Source: Lama glama
Taxonomy: Eukaryota
NCBI GenBank assembly: GCA_028534125.1
Contig: CM052816.1
Location: forward strand, 26,538,001 to 26,602,000
Length of the DNA: 64,000 nucleotides
Reading direction: 5' to 3'
Made by a program: the position numbers and the translations under genes. A model generated the notes under the pieces. That model saw nothing but the letters and a program-made list of their open reading frames with translations. It ran no database searches and had not been told where the DNA came from. Shown here one piece after another: positions 49,836 to 62,703 of this stretch (positions are counted from its first letter, which is position 1; every line of letters starts with the position of its first letter).

Positions 49836-50939
49836 GCAAAGTAAAACACAGCAATACAGATACAAGAGCAATTTAAAAATAAGGAATTGCGTTTTAGCCA
49901 GAGACCTTATTTGTACAGACAATAAGCACTGACACCTAAAACATACTTAAAAAAAAATAAGTTAATGCCAGTGTTCATTTACCTAGATGCTCTGTTTCAA
50001 AGCCAGCCTTCCTCTCCACAGTGAGTGATCACTAAATGATGTGACTCTGCCCCACAGTATCAGGCTGGCAGCCCCACCTCCTGAAATTGCTGGACCTCAG
50101 CAGTCCCACTGTTACTGCTTCCATTTCCCTGTTTCAATTCCTGATGTAAATGAGGGCCATTCTAAGGTTGTCTGAGAGGTAAATTTACTGCCCATTGATT
50201 TTCACAAATCCGGTGGGTCCTGTGAAATCCTCTTAAACGAGTATCAGATACTGGAACAAAACAGTGAAATTGAATAGGAAATGCCATAGCTCAGAGTGAA
50301 ACGCGAACGTTCATCTGTTCTGCTGAAAAACACAGGCCCAGTGTGATCCAGCGTAAGCCCAGGCTGATGTTGGTAAACACATATTTTAAAGAAAAGCCTC
50401 AAACATGCCCCAATTATTGTACAGATGTCTAGGTTAGAGCAGAACAAATGGGGCAGTGACTCTAATTGGCTCCTCAGACAAATTCAAATTTTGAATAAGC
50501 CAGAGAAAGGGTAAGGTTATTGTAGCACCTTTCAGTGGTAGTTTCCTGCAAAAGCATTACTTAGTTGACATCCTAAAACATAATACAGCTCCTCCTAGAA
50601 TCAGTCACGAAGTGCCACTTGCGAGCTTATGAATCCATAGTGATGAGCAATGATGCCTCTGCCAGTGAGAGCCTGGTAACACGAGTCAGTCACCTATTCT
50701 CTATCCCAGACTCAGATGCAACAGGCTTTCATGCAAATTCGCTCATTTGCATTTTAGTGTAAGTGAACTGATTGTGTATCTACTGTTAATGTCTCCTCTG
50801 CTAGGTGCTAGAAGTGTAAAGCAAAATGAAACTTGGTCTCCAACCATGCAGAGTTTATAATCTGATAGAGCAGTTGCCCAAAATAAAAATAAATAACATC
50901 ATCTGGGTAGAATACCCTACATCCCCAATCGTAATAGAG

Positions 50940-51080
50940 ACCAGTGCTTAATGTGCATACGAAACTGGGGGTCTCGTTATAATGCAGATTCTGATCAGTC
51001 TAAGATGGTGCCCCAAGATCCCACAGTTCTAACTAGCTCCCAGGTAACGCAATGGTGTTCTCAGAATCACACTGAGTCCT
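50940..51080. mobile_element. MER5-like MITE
   Basis: aatgcagattctga...ttctaactagctcccaggt. Confidence 0.6.
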
Positions 51081-51089
51081 AAGGCATCA

Positions 51090-51400
51090 GACATCAGAGC
51101 AGAGGTGTCAAATAGGCAAGCAGATATATGCCTTGAGAGCTCAGGAGAAAGATATAGATATAATTCGGGGAGTTAAAGACACATGGATGACATTTAAAGC
51201 CTTGAGAGTTGCTGAAGTCACCAAGAGAAGGAATGTGGGGAGGGAAGACCACACTGGTAATGTTGATAATGCATTTCATGTACGCAAATGTGGCTAGAGC
51301 ATAAGGCTTTCGAGGGTAGTAAAAACTAGTTAGGAGCTCAAAGCTGGAGTCTGGTTGTAGAGTGCCTCAAGAACCCCTTAAAAGAATCTGGACTTGAAGA
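51090..51400 (-). mobile_element. L2 fragment
   Basis: gagctcaggagaaag...catttaaagccttgaga. Confidence 0.55.
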
Positions 51401-52669
51401 AACAATTCTTGTTCTTGATGATCCTGCGGGAATGTGGCGGTTCATGTAGCTGATGGCAAGATGACATCAGCCTCATGTAGTCACATCACCCGGTACTTAT
51501 ACAAATAGTCATATTAAACAAGTTAGGCTAATATGCTACTCTGGGGCTCTAGTAATTCCGCAAAACATTTAAGAAAGTAATTTGGGGTAGCTTTCTCAAT
51601 GCTGCAAGCAAGTTATTCCTGTAACCCAGGGCAGACTATAAATATGACACATCTCTTTTTGGTAATTGCTTGATTTTGGATTAAGACTAGCAATTTTCTT
51701 GTCAGAGACAGGCATGCAGTAGAAACAGAGTGGGGACATTTGGACAGCTCAGGCAGTCTTTGCAATTTGAAAAGCCAACTACAGTTATTTTCTTTTAAAT
51801 TAACATGGCAGATTCAGCATTAGCACCAAATTTGTTTTCTCTTGTGGTCTCTTTGGTTTTATCCTCTTTAAAGCTAAAAACTTTATTAATCCTGTTAAGT
51901 GCAGATCTGTTGTGTCTTGTTCTTTCCCTCTAATCTGGACTGACTTTATCCCAAGAGTTCTGGGGGGAAGTGGTTGAGAAAGTTGGAAAAACTGGGTATT
52001 GGTAATGGGCACCCAGGTTCTCGAATCCCATCCGCCCTAGTTATTAAACTACATGTGCTCATTCTCGGGGCTGCATTTAGCTCTGTGTAGCCAGCCAGTC
52101 ACCGTATATTTATATGTCTTTTATATGTTCACATGTGTGTATTAATCCTGCCTTCCCAAGGGCACCAATTGTGGAGATACATACCCAGTAATTACTTGAT
52201 GAATGTGACTAACTCATTCCATTTACTGAAAAGAGCATTCATAATTTTCCCCACAATTTTTGGCCTATTTTTTTCTCAAAATCATTTTTGGAGATAGTAA
52301 AGCATGCCAGGAGAGGATAATAAAGCAGACTTCATCTCTATCAAGTTCTCCTTTACCTACATATGAAAATCTAATGTGGAAGCAACAAAATGTTAACATT
52401 CGTTAATTCTGGCTGGTGACTATCCTGGTGTGTGTTTGTTTTTTCGCCTACCATTTAAATGGTATTTTACCTTTTCTCAAAACAAACAAACAAAAATAAT
52501 AATAATAATAAGCTCTGATGAGAATTCAGGGTAAACAACCCTCAAGGCACCAAGTAGTTTTCCTCTGACTTGTCTTTCTTGCCTCCACTTGCTTTGAATC
52601 AGAAATCATGTCAAGAGATTTAAAAAGGAGTAGTAATATAATTTTGCACCTTAAAATTAACTTAAAAAT

Positions 52670-52905
52670 ACTTTTGGTTATGGTGATTGTTTCATACTGA
52701 AGTTTTGGCTAATTTACATCCATTGAAACTCACTCTTTGGGATGTACAGGTCAATGAGTTTTGACAAATGCAGAGTCTATAACCACCACCAGAGCCAAGA
52801 TACAAAATAGGACTATCACCTTTTGCAGCCGACCCCTGCCCCCACCTCAGCCCCTGGCAACCACCCATCTGTGTCAGCCTCTAGAGTTCTGCCTTTTCCA
52901 TTTAT
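52670..52905 (-). mobile_element. Old L1M 3' end fragment
   Basis: gtacaggtcaatgagttttgacaaatgca; cagcccctggcaaccac. Confidence 0.7.
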
Positions 52906-53219
52906 TTGCAGATGACTTCTCTTTCCTAGGTTCTAATTGTGAGAAGTTCTTATTGTTCAGTAAGCACAAGATGATTTTTTTATTTTCCAAAGCAGCTGGA
53001 GGCAAACAGTAACAGTAAAACAGTTTCTTATCATAGAGCTCTCACTTCATTTTCCAGTCCCAAAATATCAAGCCCAAATCTTCCGAAATTTACTTTTAAT
53101 TTCCTGATCTTTTTGTGTAAGTGGATTCCTATGGCTTTCCCATAGAGAGCTAATTGCAGCTCACATTTACTCATTAGAATCTCTCATTCAGTTTCTGTCA
53201 GCATCCTTGGGAAGGGTGC

Positions 53220-55469
53220 AGAATAAACCAACACCAAATTTATTTCACTCTCAAGGGCCACACAGTACTTCTTTTCCGGTCTCCATTTTGTGTCAGAGCC
53301 CACAATAAGCTGAATTGACATATAGGTGGCAGGGTTTCTTTTCTTCTTCTGTTTCATTTAATTAGTTTTAGCAGAGACATAAAGAAGTTTTAAAATGGCT
53401 TTCAGCACCTTCTTTTCAAATACTACATTCCAAGTTTAAGCTCAAACTTAAGCATAATGAGCCTGCTATCAACACCTGACAGAAAAGAGCATAAGGAATA
53501 AGTACGTATATTCAAACACCCTCTTGACAAGACCGCTTGTATCTTTCCTTATGAAAGCACGGTGTAGATTATTTCCGTCTGCTTTTCATGCATATCATTT
53601 TCCTAATCTACCTTGGTGCCTTAGCAATTCCAGGATTTTTTGAGAAAAAGTTTCACTCAGCAGACACTTTGGAGAAAAAAAAATGAAATAAATAAAAACA
53701 CCCATTCCACCTTTGTGCTCACTTCAAGAAGTAACCTTAAATTTTCACTCAAAACAAATAGAAGATATATTTCTACTTGGGAAATACATATGTTCTATCA
53801 ATGGAAGTCAGTAAGCAAGCATGATTATTTTCTTGCGTAATTTAAAGAGAAGACAATTTTATAACACGCATTAGGGAAAAAAATCTCAGAGATTCAGAGC
53901 CCATATGAAATGGCAAATAAATCTATAGATGAACAGATAGACACATAGGACTTTTGATGGACCATTTATCATTTTAGTGTTCATTATTTTAAAGTGCTTA
54001 ATGTATACATTTACATAGTAGTTTTAACTGACTATAATGTTTCTATGATATCAAATGAACAAAAACTGTCTTCTTTCATTAGGAACAAAACCAACACATA
54101 TGCATAAAAATTAGTTTTACAGCATAAAATGCTCCAAACAGTCAAGAGGTTTGTCATCTTTTAACTTAATACTTAACAGCTTTACATGGTTTTTCAATAT
54201 GAAAACTGTATTTATATGTATTCTATAGATAAAGCAAGGAGCTGTTTCATATATTTGAAAAACTAGCAGCCAAAATAATCAGCTCCCAATCTACATTACC
54301 ATTATAACACATTGGACATTTTAAATTTACGCATATGGTCCACTGAATACGCAAGCAAATACACCCTTGCAAAGAAAAGACAAATATTTATGTACAAATA
54401 AATAGTGTTTTAGCACTCAGGCACTCAGATGTGAGGGCTGATGTTTTATGATTTGACTCTTAGCCTCGATAAAACATGCTCACAAGGCAGCATTTTTCTT
54501 TGGGGATAAGTCATAACTTTGCCATGGAGGGCTATTAGGGGACCATTTACTGACATGGGACTGAACCTACAATTCCCATAGAGAAATGTTATTTAAAAAG
54601 GAAGACCGATAGAGGGGATTTTTGGGAAAATCCTCCCAGGGGACCTGACGTTCCCTGCCAGTGCCAGAAAGGCAACACAACATTCCTTATTGGAACAGAG
54701 ACGATGATGTTCCTGCAAGTGGTCCTGCGTGAGATATGGCAGGAGCACATCACTTCTCCTCGTAAGACATTTGTAGGTTTACACAACGGAAAACTAAGAG
54801 CATGAAAGCGCAGACTGTTTTAACTTTCACTGGCTTGCCTGAGAGATGTTTGTTTCCCTGTCTATGTATAGACATGTGTACTTTAGTTTAACGTCTAATA
54901 GTACCTCCTGGGGGAGGACCTGCCCAAAGATCTAATGGGATTGAGTCTTAGGAGGTACGAAATCGATTTCATCATAAAGCCACAACTTCAGTCCTCTGTT
55001 ATCCCAGAGTAGTTATAAAAAGTAGTCAGGGCTCTCTCCCCTCCAACAGCTGCTGGAGCTGTGGTGAGAACTTTGCAGCACAGATTCACCTGCAGGCATC
55101 CTTCATGAGCATTCCACCCAAAAGTGGAATCAGGCCCTGGGGAAATGTACCATCTTCTGTCAGAGGATCAAAAGCAATGTGGATAACAACTAAGCATTTG
55201 GGGGCCATTGTATTTAATAGAGAGTAAAGCAGTTAACACCCTTTGTCTCCTGCCTGTGTGTCTCTTGATCTCCTGAAATTTCTTTCTTGTGCAAAAACAG
55301 TCAAAGCACAGATGAAGTACAGAGAGGAATTAACCCTGATCTGGGGCAGGTCCTAAGGCAAACACCCAGTTTGTACATTCCCTTCTGCTCACCAGTGACT
55401 GGGTAAGAATGGTAGGCGGGTCCCCAACAGCAGGCAGAGCATCAATCATTCGATTCTTACTGAATTGGG
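53220..55469 (-). other. Candidate terminal exon / 3'UTR of unidentified - strand gene
   Basis: ~2.2 kb without recognisable repeats; on - strand: acceptor tttatattgtgacttcag, PUM site TGTACATA in TATTTATT context, GCACTTTA seed match, poly(A) hexamers at 53965, 53357 and 53239. Confidence 0.4.
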
Positions 55470-55559
55470 CTGAAGTCACAATATAAACATTTTGATTGCA
55501 TATAAGACATAATTCATGAATATTTTTGCATACAAGATTCTACTTTTCAAATTGCTACC

Positions 55560-56400
55560 ATCTTATCTTGTTTTATCCATCCATCAGCCCATCATGGGAA
55601 GAAGGAAGCTTAGTATTACTATTAATTTAAAAATCAGGACCCCAGAGAGGTTTCAGCTTTCTCCTCAAATTGACCAAGTTCCTGAAGAGTTCATCTCCTA
55701 CAACTGACACTCCAGAAACAAGAGCCAACATTTTCCCACTTAACTATGCAAAAGGTATTCTGCTGAGTTTTTAATATGCATTGATCTAATTTATTTATCC
55801 AAATCGATGAGCTATGCATATGATACATTATATATTTTTTATATATTTGCATCCATCTAATTTATTTATCCCGAACTATGAGGTATTTATATAATGGCAC
55901 AGAAGTGACAGATGAGAAAAATGATGTCCTTTAGTGTAAACAGCACTGGACTTTGAGTCTGATTAAAATTCTAATTCCATAGGTAGTACAGGTTCACGGT
56001 CAACTAGAGGAAGTGCTGAGTAGCCTGCTGGCCCTGAAAGCCCATTTCCACCTACCAGTTCTCTGGCCTTGGGCAAGTTACTTAGTCATTCTTCCCCTCC
56101 CTTTCCTCTGCAGTTTAAATGGGGATAAAACTTTGCTGAGTTGTGACTGGATTAAAGGAGTTGATATAGATAACCTGCTGAAAGCAGTGTCTAACATACA
56201 CAAAGCATTCCATAACTGTCAGTTCTTAACATTCTTTTTATCTCCTAGCTGAATGTCATCCAAGATGCCACATCATCTCTCTGAATCTCAAGGTTCTCAT
56301 CTAAGAAAATGCTTATGATGATACTTGCTTACCTCATAGGTTCAGAAGAGATAATATATATGAAATGCAAACTGTTTTTGCATTATAAGGTTCTAGACAA
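55560..56400. mobile_element. Cluster of MIR fragments (both strands)
   Basis: ccttgggcaagttactta; ttgtgactggattaaaggagttgata; acctcatagg. Confidence 0.65.
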
Positions 56401-56519
56401 AGGTGGTATCATTTTTATGACTTCTGAATTTATCACGAGCCCTGACCAATCCACTGAGATCCACTCCTGAACTTCCTACTGCCCATTTTTGTGTGTAATT
56501 AAGAGGCATTAATTCCTTG

Positions 56520-56780
56520 ATTCATTTTCTGAATACGTACTTACTACTAAGTATTTCCTCTGTGTTGAGAGATGGGATATGGAGAATATGTGGTGTATGC
56601 CTCAAGTTTGCAATCTGATTGCCGAGACAGACAAGAAAACCAATGTTAACCACACGGTATCCTAAGTGCTATGACTGATGGGTCTGAAGGAGGCAGTGTG
56701 GGGGCCTCTGACCAGGCTTACGGTGGACAGGGGGCTATGGAAGGACTCTGTGGGAGGTAAAATTTCATCATCACCAAGTC
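56520..56780 (-). mobile_element. L2 fragment
   Basis: ttcattttctgaatacgtacttactactaag...taagtgctatga. Confidence 0.5.
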
Positions 56781-57689
56781 TTAAAACAACTCACAGTTGA
56801 TATGTTCAATCTTGCTTTCCCCCTGTATCTTTTAAAAAGAGATGAATTTTTAACCAACTCAGGTTTCTTATGATGGTTTCCCGTACAGGAGGGACAATAA
56901 TCAAGGGCCTGTCAAACCATTTCTTTATGCTGTAACTCTATCAGAGTTGGAACTGAATGATACCAAGAATTATGGAACTCACTATAAACCTTCAGATACA
57001 ATTTCTTTGGCAGGGTAAAATCTGGATTTTCTGAAACATGATTCAGAAAGTGTTATCCATGATCATTCTTTCATTGAATATTTTAAGAATTTGATATTAG
57101 CCAGAAAGAGTTATGGAAACATAATCATTTTCACCACCCTAGATATCTAATTCCACTATTTCCACTCTTACCCCAATGCTTCTCAAACTCTTTCTCTAAA
57201 ATGCTCTTAGTTGCAACTGAGAGGAACCAAGGATCTGGGTATAGCTGGGGACCCCAAACAAATACATTTTTTTGAAGTTTTACCTTTTCCTAAAAACTAA
57301 TACCAATTTTGCAGTAGAAGCCATAAATGAAACATATTTATTTTAATATCAGATTATTGTTTATCATATACTATATAAGATTTTCTCTCCAAATTTTTTT
57401 GTTTAATTTCTTAATATTTCTACTTTTTCCAATCATAAAAGCAATGTCATTATAGGAAACTACATCAAATTATGAATTAAAAAACTAGGCTTACCTATAA
57501 TTCCCAAACTGCTAACCAGATGATGCTTTCCCTTCTAATTATTTTCATATATATACACAATATATAAATATACAATTATGTAAATACACATATAATTTGA
57601 GGTTATGATTTATACATATTCATCTTGAAGGCTATATCCTATTATCTTTACATAACAGTAATTATTTGATGAGAACATTTTTATGTAAC

Positions 57690-57835
57690 AGTTTGATGAG
57701 TGTAAAATTTTTAAGTACAGGATCTATAGCCTGGGTTTCAATTCAAACTCTGCTCCTATACTGGCCTCTAGTTCCTCATCTATAAATTGAGGTTAATAAT
57801 ACTACTTTCTTCAGAAGGTGGTTGTAAGGATTACT
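57690..57835 (+). mobile_element. MIR SINE
   Basis: agttcctcatctataaattgagg...ggttgtaaggatta. Confidence 0.7.
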
Positions 57836-58380
57836 GTTATTTCGTCCTACTAATTTGAGAGTATACTGTCTATATACTGAATGCGTATTTCAGTCTGGGA
57901 ACTTTTGGGTCTTCTATTTTCTTCAGTCTGTCTATGTGCCAAAGCTACCTTGTTTCACATGTTGTCTTTGTACAAACAGGTCAAACCGGCTAAGCTAATT
58001 CTTTTTATTACAGTTCTTTTTCAGAATTTTTCTGGTTATTTTTTCTTGTCCATTTTCCTACATGAATGTAGAAAAACTTGCTTAAATAAAATTGTTTTCT
58101 TATTATTTGCATTTAAATTGTATTTTTGCCAAATATTTGAATACATAACCCTTTACAATCCTTGTGTAATTTACTGCCCTTCATTTTCATGCATTTCATG
58201 CTTTATTTTTATCTTATTCTACTCTATTCTTAAGGCTTTCTTCTACCACAATCTCCCCCAGACCTGATACTTACTCAATTAATTTAAACAATTTTATCTC
58301 AATATAAAAAGAAAGGACAGGAAAGAGAAATAATACTCTGGCACTTCAAAAGCCGGGTCTATATAGCTAAGTACTTAGGT

Positions 58381-58682
58381 AGCATTCCCAAAGCATGTTC
58401 CTTGAAACGTGGGTGCTACAGGGTGTTAACAGGTTTTATTTCACAGGAAAAGAATAGTGGGCTGTATGGTTAAATGTGTTTCATAAATTCTAAGTTAAAC
58501 AATATTTTAAAAGTTTTATTCTGCAGGAACTCTCACAAACTTTAATATTGCCAATATACTTTCTGAATTTCCAAAAAGAGATATATTTTGCAGAAGTGCC
58601 CAATCTTTTGAACATAGGCCCTTTTCCAGTAGGAAAACCCTTAGGAATTAAACTCCTAGACACACCAGTTTGGGAAACTCTG
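58381..58682. mobile_element. hAT-Charlie-type MITE
   Basis: Imperfect TIRs agcattcccaaa / tttgggaaactctg. Confidence 0.55.
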
Positions 58683-59799
58683 CAAAAATGGGTTGCTTCC
58701 AAGATTTGGGGGTTGGTACCAAGGGAGAGTTTTTTTTTCCTTTTCCACAAGCATTGTTCAGGGAGGTAGACTATTCATTTTAAAATCAAGGATAATTGGT
58801 CTTGAATCTAAAGGAAATTCCTCTCAGATTTGGCCTGTGTGTTGCCTGTGAGTTCCACTTGTTGGCAGTGGTGTACAATTCACCTTTTCCAATGTCTTCA
58901 TGTGTGTTTTAGTGAAAAGTTGGGAGACTCTCAGCAAGCCAAATGGCATTCTAAAGGAGAAGCCTGGTCCAATATTCTATTGGTTACATGCTGAAGGGAC
59001 TCAACACTAAGTCAGAACTGTTGACTAACACAGAGCAAATGGCTCCTAAAATATTTACTAAATCTATTTCTAAAACTCTCCATTTGGAAGAAAATGATTG
59101 TTTTCTTTCAAGGATTTAAAACAAATTCTTATTTAAATAAAACAAGACTCTGCACAAGTATTAGGCTGCACACCAAAATAAAGGGTTTTTTTTTTTTTCC
59201 TTTTCCTTTTTGTTTTCTTTTTTGGCAGGCGGGAAATCATTTTCATGCAGTCATTTGTTGGACCTTGGGGTAAAATTATATTTCATAGTTCCCTTGTTCC
59301 CAGGCTTTGGTAAAAAAGAGATTGATGTCTGAAATTTCAACTGTATTTGTCTTACCAATTTGTTTGACTCTCTTGGGAATAATTATCTCATATCATTTGA
59401 AGGTTAGTAATTCCTTAGGAATGACCTCTCTCTCATAATTAAGGAAGGGTACTTACAAGCAGCTAGGAAAAGTGAAAGCTAATGGACTTGTTTTCTGGCA
59501 TTACTATTTTATTAAATTGTTGCTCTTTGAAATAAAAAGCAGGAGTCATAGGGACACTGCTCAGTTGAGTAATCAATTTTTCCCTTCATTTTCTGACAAC
59601 AGACAATGTTGAAACACATGGTAAAATAACATTCAGTGAGAAGTCTCTCATTGTACAATACTAAGTCTGTACAAACCAGGTGCATTGAATGGCTGTCAGG
59701 AGGAATTTCCCCAAGATTTCTTCTTTCCCAGTTTGGTACCAATAGTTTAGTGAGACCCAGACATTCGATTGAGGACTTCAGTGGAGCAGGAACAAATAA

Positions 59800-59975
59800 A
59801 GGGAGGGAGGAGGGAAGGAAAGAAGTAAATGAAGGAAAGAAAGGAAGGAAGGACTGGTCTTACAAATGGTGACTCCAAAAGTCACAACCTTTCAACAAAA
59901 GACAAAAAAAAAAAAAAAAGAAGAAGAAGAAAAGAAAAAGAAAAAGGAAAATCAAAGAAAAAGAAAAAAAAATAA
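59800..59975 (+). repeat. Purine-rich low-complexity tracts (GGAA/GAA/poly-A)
   Basis: Directly visible. Confidence 0.85.
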
Positions 59976-61049
59976 AGACTTAGCTTATACAAGCCACTCA
60001 GAACTTCGGTGAATATGTATGAACTGGCAAAAATGGCAAGAGAACTAAATTATCATAAGCCCTGGATAACTGTAATAGAACATTTGTTACAATTATAGTT
60101 CAAAACTAGAGGATGCATGTTTCATTAGCACTTAGTGAAGAATATCAGAATAAGACAGTCCTAATAGAACTTTAAGAACACAAGCTAAGACTAATTAGCC
60201 ATTAGTCTTAATTTAGACAAAGAAGGAGGTTATAAAACTGAGTTTCCTCAAACTCAGTTTAAAGAAAAGAACTTTCCTGTGATATGCAGAGGTTTTTTAG
60301 TATTTCCAAGGACTGCCCGAGACTTTAGTGCTTGTTTTAGGGACCTACATGTGTCAAATTGTTTTGTTGTAGAGAATTGTGTTTGTTCACTTTAAATTGT
60401 ATACTATGTCATAGGAGGTTGTGACTATGGCTTTAGGGATCTTGATATAAACCATTTTCTTATTAAGTTAGAAAAAGAAAAACACTTTTCCAAATAAAAT
60501 AAAATAATAGTTATTTCAAAGATCATTTAAAGTCATAAGAAAACTATCTCCTTCTTCCACAGCTGATATGGCTGAAAAGCTGGAGAATTTTCTGAAATTG
60601 AGGAAAGACATGAATCCTTATGTTAGAAAGCAAATCAGTCCATCAGGATAAATAAGAATTACTGTGTACCTAGACACACCTAAATATAGCAAAACAACAA
60701 AGATACAGAGGAAGTTTTAAAAATAACCAGAATTAAAAGATAGGTCACCTACCAAGGAACAATAATCACAGTGACTATCCATCCTTCAACACATTCCTCA
60801 AATAGTTATGAAACCACTACTGTATGCCAGACACCATTATAGGTGCTTGGGGGTAAATCTGCAAACAGAACAGACTGATAAGAGAGGAAAAAGGGAAGGT
60901 GGTAAGAAGATGGAATATTATCTTTAAATTGGAATAACCTTGTTATCTCATTAATAATTAACTTATTAATCATAGCCTCTGTGATCTCATTTTACTGGAC
61001 TCAATCTGCCTACTTTTGTTTTTACGATAATATAGTCCATAGTAATTAT

Positions 61050-61650
61050 ATGTCTCCTGTTGCAGCTATAACAGATCACCATCAACCTAGTGTCTTAAAA
61101 TAACACAAATTCATCTTACAGTTCTGGAGATCAGAAGTCCAAAATCAGTCTCACCAGGCTAAAGTCAAGGTGTCAGCAGGCTGGTTTCTGCCGGAGGCTC
61201 TAAGGGATGAATTCATTCCCTTGCCTTTTTCAGCTTCCGGAGGCTACTTGTATTCCTTGGCTCTTGGCCCCTCCTCCATGTTCAAAACAGGCAGGGTAGC
61301 ATCTTTAATTTTTTCTCTCTCTCTTCCCCTCTCTCTCCTTCCCTTCATTTCCTCCCTTCCATTCTCTCTCTGTCTCTGTCTCACACACACGCACACGCAC
61401 ACGCACACGCACACGTTTGCTTCTACCATCATATCTCCTGCCCTGTCTCTGACTCGTCTGCCTTCCTCTTAAAAGGACACTTGTGATTACATTGGGCCCA
61501 CCCAGGTACTCAGAGACTCTCCTGATCTCAATATCCTAGCAGTGTTTGCAAAGTCCTTTGTGCCATGGAAGGTAACATTCACAGGTTCCAAGGATTAGGA
61601 TGTGGACTTGGACACCCTTGGAGGGGGCCATTATTCTGTCTACCAGAGTA
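61050..61650 (-). mobile_element. MaLR LTR (MLT1D/E-like) with internal (CT)n/(CACACG)n
   Basis: cttacagttctggagatcagaagtccaaaatcagtctcaccaggctaaagtcaaggtgtcagcagg; ggttccaaggattaggatgtggac. Confidence 0.85.
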
Positions 61651-62451
61651 GTGGTTTCACCCTCATTTTTGAAAAGTAATCATCCTAAAACTCTGTATCC
61701 AGTTAAATAAAACATTCAAAGAGTGAAGGGAAAATAATAATGTTTCAGACCAGAATCAAGGGTTTAACCGTCATCAACACTTGCTGAGAGAACCCCCAGG
61801 TGCTTTTCTTCAGTAAGAAGAAAACTGAATACAGAAGGAATAATTGAGAAGCAATATGCCATAGTTTCTGAAGGCATATAAATGCATTAGCTATGTTACA
61901 AACAATGATATAAAGTCTAATTCTAAACGTTCGAAAAAAAGGGCAGCATACAGATTGTACAGAGGACGGCGGGGCCTGGGAGTGATATGAGTTATAAAAC
62001 CTCTCATGAAGTGTAGGAAGAAGGCAGCAATGCTGATTAACTTCAGAGGTCACATATTAACATCTTGAATAACCTCTAAAAGAACACCAATATTTAGAAA
62101 GGTAGAAGGAAAAAAAAATCACCCAAAAGATACAACCCTCAGGTTCAAAAAATGCACCTAACAAAACAGCCTCAAAATATCTCAGACAAAAATGGACAGA
62201 ATTACAAGACAAAATTAATAAATGCATTCTTCTGGTAGGAGGGTTTTAACACATCTCTCTTAGAATCTGATCGGCAAAAAAACAGTAAGGATGTAGGATG
62301 GATGAACAATTCAATTAACGAACATCTAACGAACATGTAGTCCTGTACCTACCAAAAGTCTGCATTCCTTTCAACTACATCTGAATATTTACAAAAATTG
62401 ACCAAACACTAAGCCACAAAGCTAGCGTCAAAAATACCATATAATCTATAC

Positions 62452-62703
62452 CAACGTTGTCCAATAGAAATAGAAAGTGAGCCATATAGGTAATTGTAGA
62501 GTTTCTAGTAGCCACATTTAAAAATGTGAAAAGAGGCAGGTGACGTTAATTTTAAGTGTATTTTATTTTGCCCAATATCTCCAAATACTATTTCTTTCTT
62601 ATACTAAGTCTTAGAAATACAGCACATCTCAGCTCGGAGTAGCCCCATTTCAAGTGCTCATCAACCACACGTCATTAATGAGGACTGTGATGGACAGAGC
62701 AGC
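62452..62703. mobile_element. MER33/MER3-like hAT-Charlie MITE
   Basis: gttgtccaatagaaat...ttctagtagccacatt...catttcaagtgctca...tggacagagcag. Confidence 0.8.

Noticed and set aside
59345..59545. Minus-strand splice-donor-like sites (cttacc, cttac) as coding exons
   Set aside because: Stops in all frames checked upstream of the donors
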